64,000 bases of DNA from Klebsormidium nitens (taxonomy: Eukaryota; Plantae; Klebsormidiophyceae), in the NCBI GenBank assembly GCA_000708835.1, contig DF237226.1:49956-113955 (forward strand), in the 5' to 3' direction. The translations under genes were made by a program, and so were the position numbers. The first letter of the stretch is position 1, and each line of letters starts with the position of its first letter. The notes below the pieces were generated by a model. The model did not search any database, was not told the origin of the DNA, and saw only the letters and a list, made by a program, of their open reading frames with translations. Of the stretch, positions 12,501 to 24,500 are shown in pieces.

Positions 12501-15500
12501 GCCTTGGAAGGGAACGGTTGCGACGCTTTTCGTCAGAGTGCCGCTCGTGACCGTCATGCTGACGGCCAGCGCGTCAGCCGTGGCGTTGCCGCTCGTGCGA
12601 AGGTTGTTGTACCTGCACAGAAATAGCGACCGGCTTCTGCTGGGGGAATGTCAAAAGCCTAGACAGGATTGGAATATCCGAGTGGAACGGATTGGACGTC
12701 AGCAGTTCTCGCGCTGAAGTTTTATCCGCTCATTGCGGAGGAAAAAATGGAAGTACATTTCAGGTCCGAGTTTTACAGGGTCGACGAACAAAGATTGAAT
12801 GCGGCGCTAAGAAGATGCTTGTAAGGCCATAAGAGACCAAAGCTTGACGAAATATTCCTTCAAAGTCCAGGGAACGACACAAAAACGACAGGCACGGGCA
12901 GATCAACAGGCTTGAAGCGGGCTTTCAAAGCTTCCTCGTGACGTTTTCCTAGCCTCCTCACAACCGTGCCAGCTTTTTACGTCCGCTGAATGATCGAATC
13001 CACCGAAAAGGTTTGCTGCTCAGAGTGTCTGTAGTGTCTGTAGCCTCTTGACAATCTCATTCGGAAGTTCTCTAAAAGGAGAAGTCATCACATGAAGAAA
13101 GCTCTCTGACGGGGCCAGACGCCAGAACAGTTCGCGGCCTTCAACGAGCGAGCGCACACAAGTCACCTCGAAAAACAAAGATCCTCAAAACTTACGCGTC
13201 GAAGACCTTGATGAAGAAGCTGCCCGGCACTCCCACGGTCCCAAAGTACATGCTCTCGCCCGACGCGGTTGCAAAGATAGGCGCGCCCGCCTGCACTTGC
13301 AGGCTGTTGACGTTGCCCGTGTCTTTGGACGCCACGTAGACGTGGATGTCGTAACGGCCAGCCTTGGTTAGGGAGTAACCGAAGGTATAAAACCCGTTTC
13401 CATAGGAACCGGTTATGTAGAGGTTGGTTGAGCCGAACGAGAAGGAAGTTCCGTCGGACAGGGTGAGGCGCGTGCCGACGAAAAGCGACGCCGGCGGAAC
13501 GGCGGAGCTGGCGGGATTGCCAAAACCGTCCCTGGGAAAGAAAGTGGAGTTGTGAGTTTATCGGCGCAGAAAATTCGAAGTTAGTTTTTGAAAATGGTTC
13601 CTGGGATAGAGGAGCGAAGTTCTGAGACTCAATGCTTCTTCACTGAAGATCCGACTCCTTTCAAGATAAAGACGGAAATTGTGTGGAGCACTGTAGCGAA
13701 GGCATACACCAAATTTCTCGAATGGCGACAGTCCAATAAAAAGAGAGCGGGACAGGCCATCTCGCCTTTAAAAGCCAACTGGCAGTAAGATCAAGAAGCT
13801 AGTTCCTTCAGCAGACAGACCGAAAGTCTCTGGAAATGTCTCTTCTTCTTAACATCACAATCTGGCAGCAACACATTTATTGGGAAGCCACAATACTTCA
13901 TTCATAGATAATTGGCCTGATTATCAGAAGGCTCTATCTGAAAGTCTCATCAGACCAGAAACGCGAACCCAACAAGACACTCAGACGGCTGCCAGAATGG
14001 ATCAATAGTTGGGCAAGTCGGAACCTACTTGAGCTGAACCCGGAAGAATCCGGTTGCCCCCGCCGCGGTTGCGTTCCCGCTCGTTATAACCTGCGTCTTC
14101 TCCGCGGCAAAAGTTGCGCCCGCGACGTTGATAGATGAGCTGTAGACCGTGACGAAGGCGGCCGCCGACAAGCCCAGCCCAACCGTCACCTGGTACGTAC
14201 CGGCCCCCGCAACCGAGAACGGCGCCACTTGCAACCGGGACCCCTCCGCGTTCCACGTCAGCATCTGGGAGACGACCGGGTTGCCGCCGAAGGACAGCGT
14301 CAGGCTGACGTAAGCGTTGGGGACGTCGTTCTTGTTGAGCAGGTTGTTGAACGCGTCGAACAGCCCGACGGAGAGGGTTAGGTTAGAGCCGACGGTCGCG
14401 TCCTGGATGGCGCTCCCCTGGAGCCCCTTAACTATGTTGTTAACGTCGGGGGCGCCCGGGGCAACCGTGAAGTTAGCGTTGGTTAGGAGCACGCTAACCC
14501 CGCCTGAGGTGCCCGGGGCGTTTGTCGTGGCGCCGGTTTGCGCGACCACGCTGAGGGTGTAAGTGCCCCGGATCTGGAAAGTTGCGTTGACCAAGTAACT
14601 AGACACGGCGGCAGTCTGCGCTAGGAATGAGAGGGGCGAAGGTCTCGGCTCGTTAGGGGTGAGAGCCAGGGCTGGAGCAATGCCCCGGACGGCCGACAGT
14701 GACGGCTGGATCATCGCCCGGGTTGGGTTACCGAATTCGTCGACCAGATTAACGCTGAATGTGTAGACGGAACCGGCCGGGATGGGGTTAACCGGGGCGC
14801 TAACGATGGACTTCTGGGAGGAGGGGGCGCCTGGGTAGACCGTCAGCAAGAGGGGGCTTCGGTTAACCGGCTGCGAACCGAGGGTTACGCCCATGTAATA
14901 CTGCCCGGCGACCGTCTCGTTAAGGGCAAAACTGCAGCTGGGGTTTGTGCGCGTTTTGTTGAAGCAGGTGGACCCGAGGACTGGGACCATGCCCCCGAGG
15001 GTTGTGCTCGCGGCCGCGGCCGCGGCCGCGGTCGAAGGGGATACGGCGATGTTGAATGCATTTACAAGCGAGTAGGTGGTGTCGCTTGGCGCAACGTAGT
15101 ATGTCACGGGCTGGCCGACGGTTCCGTAGAGGGGACCAACAAGGTCAAACTTGTAGGCGTCACCCGCGTTGGCAATGACGTCAGCGATTACAGTGGCGAA
15201 AGGAATCCGGTCCTGTAGCAACACCAAAGCAGCAGCAATTAGAGACGACGAATCACACAAGGAGACACGGAAGCAGAGCGCTGATTGGAGAGATTGCGTG
15301 GGATGAAAGCTTCCTACACAGTTCAATATTACGGGCAGCTTCATTCTTTAGTAAAGGCAGAGCGCAGTGGAGTGGGAATGTAATGAGACACACTAAACAA
15401 GCATCTCCGTGAGCAAACTGTGTCGCGGACTGACTTGAACGAGGGCGTCTCCCTTGAAAATTATCCGATTGGCTCGAAACAAGATTGAAAATTCTAGGCA

Positions 15501-18500
15501 AAAATGGGCAAAGGACTGAGCCCATGCTCGCTTGGATGTCTATACACTAGCGCGGAGTGAAGCTGATCAGTTTTGGACGTTGACGACGCAAACATCCGGC
15601 TTCGGTCAAAAACTGAGATGATGAGCTACAGCTAGGCGCCGAGAGCACGCTGAAGGCTTTGAAGGACGCTGATGGCGTTTGCATGAGGGGGCTGACGAAG
15701 CTGCTCAAGCTTCGCAGAATCCAACCATTAGAAGTTTTCTCTTTGCAAAGACGTAAAGCTAGAAACGACACTAATATAAGACGGACGTCTAGCTTGAATA
15801 AACGGCTGGCTCTAGAGCATTCAGATCCCTCAGAAGTGGCGTTACTAAAACCAGCAGAATAGAAGGCCCATGCTACGCAGAAACCCCGCAGTATGTCTAC
15901 ATCAACCACCGAGAAGAGCTTTCCGTTCCAATTACCAGACTTCTACAGTGCTATGCCAGACATGTGATAAGCTTTCACCTCATATCCAAACTCTGACAAC
16001 GGACTCTGACAGGGGCATGTTCTCATGCTTGGCGACCAAAGACGTACCCAAAAAGGAGTTCCTGCCGCTCAAAAGTGCTGCTCACCATTGAAACCGTGAA
16101 CGTGTACCGGGCTGCCTCCAGGGGGGTGAAGCGGAAGAAGTATGTTCCGTCCAGGCGGTCGGTGAGGGACGTCCCGGTCATGTTGTGGTCCGCGGAAACG
16201 GTGAACCGGCCCCCGTCTCGCTCCTGGCCCCGCATAAGACCATTTTCGTCCTGAGCTACGATCATCAAAAACCCAGACACGCCAACACTGCCGGCGGACT
16301 GCAGGTACACTGTGGTGGTCTGAGGACTCAGGGGCCCGGTTGCGAAGACGACCGTGTCCGTCACAATGGGCGTAGCGGAGGCGCTCAGCTTGCCCGGGGA
16401 GGGGATGACGTCAGAACACGACGGAATAGTGCACACGTAAAGACCCAGGCTGTACGTTCCGCTGGTCGACATGACGAAAGAGATGTTGTAGTCCCCGGGC
16501 GGGGAAATGGCGACCGACCAGCGTGCGTACGGGGAGGTGGAGCTCGCCACGCCAGGGGCGGGGGCAGGCGTAAGCAGCGCCACGAAGTTCATCCCCGGCT
16601 TTGGAGTTCCGGCCAGGTCGCGGAACCGGAACGAGTAGTTGTGGGCGTTGGGGCTCTCCCTCTCGCTGAGCAAGTCGATGCTGCCAAGGCCCGGGATGAC
16701 CTTCGGCCCGTCATCGCCGCCACTCCCGCGGCCGCCCTGCGGCGCGGGCGCGGGCGCGAACTTGCCTCCAGCTCCGCTCGCGCCAGAGTGGAAGAAGTCG
16801 TGGGCAATCAGGGGGGAACTGGTGGTCGGGATCAGCGAGCCGCCGTTTGCGAGGTTAACAACGTCGGAGCAGTCGGGCTGGGAGCACGGGTAGAACCAGT
16901 ACTGGTAGTCAAACCCGGGGGGGACCCAGACCGTCACCGAGTACGTTCCGACGGCTGCCCAGGGGGCCGCCTTGAACTTGTAAAAGCTGCCCTGCTGCAC
17001 GTTTTGGGCGACCACGATGAACATCCGGTTGGGTGTTGGGACGCCGTTCGAGTCGGTGAAACTGAAGTAGGCGGTCCAGCCGTTGGGTTGCCCCTCGGAG
17101 GAGACGAACGAGACGGCGCCGTACCCCGGTAAATAAACCACGCGGTTCTGTGGGGGGCCGTTGGGAGCGCTAGCAAAGGTAGTGGTGTCGTGCATGATGA
17201 GGGGGGATGAGGTGGACGGCAAGAGCGCCCCCCCCGCGGCGGGGCTGATGACGTCAGTGCAGTTTGGCACCCGGCAGGCGTATACCCACTCCTCGTAGCT
17301 GCCGCTTGAGGGGACGGAAACGGTCAGGTTGTACATACCAGCCCCGGGGAAGGGGGCCGCGGTGAAAGAGTACCAGGAACCCGTATTCATGCTCCGGAGA
17401 ACCGCCAGGAAAACGCGCCCCGAAGTCGGCACGCCGTTGGTGTCGTTGAAGCGGACGATCGCCGTCCAGCCGTTGGGGCGGTCGATGCTTTGAAGCACCT
17501 CGATGGAGCCGAGACCGGGGACGTATCTGACTTGCTCCTCCTGCTGTTGGCTCCCAGAAGGCGTCATCGCGCCACCGCCGCTCGCAAGGTACAGATAGTC
17601 GTGGCTGATTTGGGGGAAGGTGGTGTTCGGGCGAAGGCCCAATAGGCTCCCCCCGGCATCCCGGTTCACCACGTCAATGCAGTCGGAAAAGCTACAGGGG
17701 TAAACCCAGGTTTCGTAGTTGGTGCCCGGGGGAACGGTTACTGTGAGGTTGTACGTTCCCGCCCCGGTCCACGGAACCGACTGGAAAGAGTACCAAAAGC
17801 CCCGGTTCACGTCCCGGAGGACCGCGACGAACCAGAGCCCCGAGGTCGGAACGCCGTTGGTGTTGTTGAAGCGGACGACTGCCGTCCAGCCGTTGGGGCG
17901 GTCGAAGTTCTGGAGCACCTCGATGGAGCCGAGACCCGGGACGTAACGAACCTGCTGCTGTTGGTTACCTCCCATTGGAGCAGGAATGGGTCCGCCCATT
18001 GAAGGAGCCATAGCAGGGGGGGCAGTGAGGAAGAGGTAGTCATGAACCAGCGCCTTCTGGTACCTTGCGTATGTGAGCTGCGGACTCTCCCCCGGCCCCA
18101 GGTTGAGCAGGCCCGCGCAGGAGGGCACGTAGCACGCGAAGAAGAAGAACTCGTAGTTCTCCCCCAAGGGAACGTTAACCTCAAGGGTGTAGCTCCCGTT
18201 TGAGGCCTTCACGGCCAGGAACTGGTACCAGCTTCCTCCCCCTTTCATACTGCGCAGCAACGCGATGAAAGAGTTCCAGGTCGATGGAATGCCGTTCTCC
18301 AAAAACCGGAATTCCGCCGTCCAGCCTGTTGGGCGGTCCACCAGCGAAAGGACTTGGAGATCCCCGATGTCTTTCATAGTGCCGTTCTGGTTGAGGGGAA
18401 GACGGGGGAAGACCCCCAGTGGGCCCCCGGTGCCAGCAGACAGGTCGCGCCAGAGTAAGGGGGACGCCGCGTCAGCAAAGAGGGATCCCCCGGCCGCCCA

Positions 18501-21500
18501 ATTGACCACGTCCGAGCAGTCGGGCTTGTTGCAGTAGTAGGTCCACACCTCGAACCGGTCGCCCGAGGGAACCGACGCGGCCATGGAGTATGAACCGGGG
18601 GTAAACTGACTGGTACCGGAGAGGAACTGGAACCAGAGGTTCCGGTTGAGGTCCCGGAACACCTGGACGAACTGGCGCCCCGGAAGTAGAGTGCCCTGAG
18701 CGTCGGTGAAAGTGAAGGAAGTTTCAACGGTGTTTCCGATTTGGGACACGTCTTTGATGACGACGGTCCCGAATCCGGACACGTTGAAACGGCTACCAGC
18801 AGAGGGACCCTGGTTAAACCCAGTCGGAGCTGGAGTAACTGGAGAAGGTGGGTCCTGACGGGGCGGTGACGGCGGCATCGGCGGGAGGACACCCAGCACA
18901 CCACCAACCTCGGTTTCGAGCGGGACCCCGCTCACCAACGTCACGACGCGGTACACGCCGTCTTGCTGCGGGGCACCGCACGTGATTTGGAGCTCGCCCG
19001 CGAAACGCATGAAGTTCCCCTGGTCGACTTTGCAAGCGGCCGGGGTGAGCACGGGGCACTGGGGGACGGTCGGGTTGGCGAAAAAGGTTGGGAGAGCGCA
19101 TATGCTGGTCTGGACGAACTGCCCGTCCCTCCCGTTGGTTACAGGCTGCCCGGCAAGGTCGTACGGGTCCAGGTAGTACGTAAACTGGCCGCCTGTTAAA
19201 ACATTGTTCTCGTTGGAAACTGTGACCGAGCGCGGGCTGATGGCGGTCGGCAGGGGGATCGGGGAGACGGTCGGTTGGAGAGGTGTGGAGTAAGCGGAGA
19301 CCGTCACTGTGAGGTTTCCGGCCGGGAAGTTGATGCTGACGTCAAGGATGTAGACGAGGTCCGTCGTGCCGTTGAGGAGGCCGGCGCGCGCTTCAAAAGG
19401 CATTTGGGAGACGGAGCTGTAGTCGGAAGAAACCGCGAGCGACAGCTTGGAGGCCTCGTCCAGGTACGAGAGGGGGCTGCCGTACTTGTCGCGGGGCGCG
19501 ACGGTGATGCTGGAGAAGGGAGAGCAAGAAAGAGGGGTTCAAGGGCTGAATATTGAAGCAGTAGAACTGGAATCTTCATGTATAGAAGGCAGAAGCTGCT
19601 GGTGGCACGCCAACAGAATACTTCTCGGTTGCAAAGACAGAAGGCTGTAAAGGAAGATGGAAACAACGGTTCAAGACATTTGTGGACAGAAGCATGGCTG
19701 CACGAAGGAAGGAGGTTCATACTGATGTCTTTCAACGTTGGGGCGGAGAGTTTAAAGAGTTTAACGACCTGAGCCTTTCCAGTTCGTACGAAAAGCTTCA
19801 AAGCTGTACAAGATCGGGCTGAAACGATCAATCCTGCGTGTAATGGCATCAGTTGAAAAGTGCAGTACTCGACTTATGAGCTCGCTACTTCGCGACATTA
19901 TAACTTCACTAACTTTCAGGACCTTATCGAGGCGTTCATGCGGGCTCAAAAGACTGACTGCTTTCGACCGCCACCAGACACGCCGATGGATTTCAAAGGG
20001 TTGACCAGTCTTGAGGATCTTGAATTGTCGGACTCATTCTTTCTGGTAATAGGTTCCGGCCCTCTTGTTGAAGCAGACACCCTTTACGTCAACGGCCAGA
20101 GTCCAAGAAAACCAACTCGCATCTTTCTAGATTAAGCACTTGATGGCTTCCGTGCCAGAAAGGGAAAAACAAATTTCTGCCAATACAGGGCTAAGAGTAG
20201 CTCCGCCGCCCACGAAAGTTCCTACTCACCTGAACCTGCCGCCAGGCTGGGTCGCGACAACGCCGCCGGGCGGAACGACGACAATAGACTGCGCCGGATC
20301 GAGCGCAACACTCCTTGCAACTCTGACGGTCACGATACCTTCGGCGACCTGCCGCCCCGTGCTGTCAATAGCAACCACGTGGTAGCCAGCGACGTAGCGA
20401 GTGGAGAAGCTCAGGGCGTATGTGTTTTGCCCATTGGGATAGACGATCGAACGGTCTTGGGATAGAACCGGGCAATACGATTTGCTCTGCTTGACGGCGT
20501 CGGAAGGTGGGCATACGAAGACACTCATGCCCCCGTACATAAGGGGATCGTAGTAATTACCAGCTGCAAGGGGAAGGACGAGGTAAGGAATTTAGACGAC
20601 GAAAGCAGAACCTGGATTTGGGCGTAAGAAGAGAAGAGAGGGGAATCCGTAGCTGTGAGTCGCACGTCAACCTGCTCATTGCACACAAAGGCAGCGAGTC
20701 TGGCAGGTCGCGCAATAAGCTCTCTGACTTGCTTCTGCACAGGCAGTGGAAAATACAATATATATGGTAGGATAAAAAGTTACTGGGCCGGTATTAAGCA
20801 GAAGATTGGGCGACAAAGTGCGCAACACAGCGTCCTCTGTTGCAGCTCACAAAATGACAAACCAACGTTCGTTAGGTGTTGTGTCTGCTCCTCGCTTTTC
20901 CGCCTTTTAGCAGAGTAAAACCAAGGTAAATGTAACTTACATGCGTCCACAATGGAGAACGATCCCGCCGCAAGACCCCACACGTCAATTTCCCATTGGG
21001 GAGGGGAGAAGGTGATTGTTCTATTGACTTGGACCGTTTCCAAGACTATCAAGCTCTGCAAGTCAAAAAATCGTCCAGATCAGAGACGTTACCGGCCCAA
21101 TTTGACAAGCGGAAAATCTCCATCTCGGATCTTTCTTTGTGACAGCCACCGTTTTAGTATTAATGACGGTCGGGCAGCGTTCAAATATTCTCAACATAGG
21201 ATGTTTTTGCTGTCACCAAAGCCTTTCACCATGTTGGCAGAAGCGTACGCTATTTGTCCAATCTTCAAAAAGAAAGTTACATCTGTACAACTCATCGGCA
21301 GCAAGACGCCGGCCGCCTAATTGAGCGGAGAACCGACGAAACCAAGTAGATTGCCAATGACACATCTGTCCGACCATCGTGAAACTTGTTGTTAGCTTGC
21401 ATCTTCTGGAACTCAGCTTGTACTGTTGCAAGGATAGACTGGTTACTGAGTAGCCCGTCTCGCAAGAGGATGAGATAAGGGTGGAATCCATTCGTTAGTA

Positions 21501-24500
21501 ACTCGTCTTTTACAAAATCCCGTAATCACTTGATATGGGTTGCCTTTGAATACTTACCTGGCGCAAGTCCAGGGGTAGATACCCACCGACATAGTCGCAG
21601 TACCCAATAATCTGCTGGCATACAGCAAGACTGGCTTTCACACTGAAAGCCCCCGCCATCGTTGGCACGAAGCTCAAGTTTCCGCTCGAAATCGGTGCTG
21701 TCACGTTGGTATATATGACTCCACCGCCCCCAAATTGCGGGAAAAGTATCAACTGCATCGTAAGATTGCCCAACCCCGCGCACAGGCTCGCGTCACCGCC
21801 AAAGTCTTTCTGGAGGCGAGAACAGTTCGCCGCAATCTGCAACTGTATCGGCTGCCCGGCGTTGGTAGCCAACTTATACGCTGAGAGGGTGGTGCCAGGG
21901 GGCACTTGATAAGCCATCGCCGACTGGGACCCGGTGAAGTCTACGTACGGCAGCATCTGGTAGTCCTTGAGGTGGGTCACGGTTATGGTGTACGTGGCAA
22001 CCGCTCCGTTGTTGGGCGCCTGGACTTGCAGGCTGACGCTGCCCACGTCAGCACTGACCGCCTTCAGCGCGCCCAGGGCGAGCGCTCCGCTCGCGGAGGA
22101 GGCGGTGAGCGTGGAGCTCGCGTCGGTTAGCGTGGCGTTCACGGAAAACGCGGCGACACTGCTCGGGAGGCGGACCGAGTAACTGAAGACGCTGCCGGAG
22201 AAGGGCGGGGAGAGGATCCCGGGGGAGATCGCCAGTTTGTTCAGGGCGGTGCCAACCGTGGGGACCACTGCTCTAACCGTGTACGTGTTCGTCGCCTGTC
22301 CGTCCTCAGAGGTTACAACAACCTGGAAGCTGTTCGTTCCGCTGAGAAGGGAGAGGGTTAGCGATCCCCCGGACACGAAATTCGTGCCGTCCAGGCTATA
22401 CTTGACTTTTGCCCCGGGGTCGGTCGGAGCCCAAGCAAAGAAGGCGGAAGTGCTCTTCCCGGCGGTAAGACCGGGCACCTGGATCGGGTTTATCTGCGGG
22501 TTAAGGGCGGTAGTCACGCCGTCAACCGTGGCGTTAACCGACTGGAGGGTTGCGTCACTTCCGGGCAGGCGGGTGAGCGTGATCAGGAAGACTTGCGTGG
22601 TGACGCCATCTTCTGCCGTCGCCGTCAGTGTGAAGAGGCTCTGAGTGTTGACAGGCCCCAGGGAGAAGGCGGTTTGGCTAACCCAGGTCAAGTTGTTGGC
22701 GATCAAAGTGGTGGGTTTGGGGACGCCGGTCACGTTGCGGCTCTCGGTGGAGAGCGTCAGAGAAGCGGCCGCGTTGGCGCGCGTGACGTAGAAGCCGAGG
22801 GTTTGAACGCCTTTGGGCACCTTCAAGGATGCCATCTGCATACGAAGAGGATAGACATATGATTGACTCACATTCAGAAACATCTAGCCGAAGCCCGAAG
22901 TTCGACGCCACCATGAGGTCTGTCAGGCCCTTTCCTCCGTTTGCAGGGAAAAGGTTCCAAGAGCGGAAAATGAAAGCTCAGATGGCTCCTCAGAGTACAG
23001 ACGACAATTGCAGGCGCTGGCCAAAAGGCAAAGTTCCGTGTTGCAGAAAAGTCCGTAGAACGATACAGGCTTTGGTACTCAACGACGGTTTTGTAGAGTG
23101 TCTCAATGAATCTGAATAACCTTCAACGATGTTTGTAGCAATCAAGCGAGGAATGAAGACGCAAGACAACGCGTATCAAAACACTTGAAAATCAGGCAAT
23201 GTGTGCTGCAAACGAAGAGACTGTTCAAAAAAGCCCAGACTGACTTACAGCCCGCCATTTCAAACGCAAGGAGGAATGAGTCACCTGAGAAATAAACCTC
23301 TAAAGCTGAAAGAAGGCGTCAAACCATTGTATTGCCATGATCTTAAATAAATATTCTCTAGAGGGATCCAGAATTTAGTATTCTCGCTAGCAAGCAGAGT
23401 GAACCTTTCAAACATCTCAGTGGTTTGAAGTGTAGCTACAACACCGAACTGCTAAGCAAACTCCAGATTGTGAAGAGTATAGACGTTCTTTACCTGCTGC
23501 TGTCCATTAGGCGTGAACAAAGTCTGCGGAATCGGTACCACGGTCCCATCCGGCAGGTAGTAGCCCAGGGCGGTGAGCGACGGGTCGTTGCTTCTGACGA
23601 TGGCGTCAACGTGGTAGCTGGTCGTAGTCCTGTTGTCCACGCCCGTGACAACGATGTCGAACTTGTTATGGCCGAGCGCCAGCGTGACAGCTGGCGGCAC
23701 CGTCCGGATCATTGCGATCGGGACGGACGTGCTCGACGGGATCGTCCGAATCCTAAGCTGCTGGCCGGGCGCGGATGCGTTGATGGAATAGACGGTGCTG
23801 GGGGGGTTGCTGGCCGAGAACGGCGGCTGCGGGGGGGATCCCCCGGCGAACACTTCCAAGCCAGAGAGGGCTGGGGGCCCGGTGCCGGACACCCCCCTCT
23901 GCACCGAGATTGTGTACAGCGTCGCGGTGTTGTCAGCCTGCTGTATCCAGACGTACAAAACAGTGGTACCGACACAGTTGACTCCCAGCGTGGCGCCCGT
24001 GGTCAGGCCCCCGGTGGTGCTTTGCCTGAAGGCGAAGCCGGCAGGAAGGGCGGAGAGCGGAGCGAGCGGAACCCCGCGGCCGCCGCGGAGGAGCGTGGTG
24101 GCGCCGCTATCGTTTTTCGGGTAAGGCAGGCACGGGCCGAACCATGGGGTCGTGTCGTCGGGCTGTTGGACGCTCACAAAAGGAGCCGGATTGTTGGCGT
24201 AAAGCGGGGGGGCGTCAAATGAGAGGTCAGGGACAGCGGAGGCGACGAACAAGCTGGGCTGTGGGGTGCCCCCGGCGGCGTTGAAGATGAGGCTGTCGAC
24301 CAGAATGTCGACGTTCATGCTGTAGTCGTAAACGCCAGACGAGAACGGGGGGGAAAGCTGGGCGCCGGGTGCTGCTGCGGTTGACATGCTGTAAGTAACA
24401 GGAACAAGACTGGTAACCACACCTGCAACGGTGCCCGTAACGGTGAGGTAATACACGTTCTGAGTGAAGCCGTTGGGAGCGGTAATCCTGATGGTGAAGA

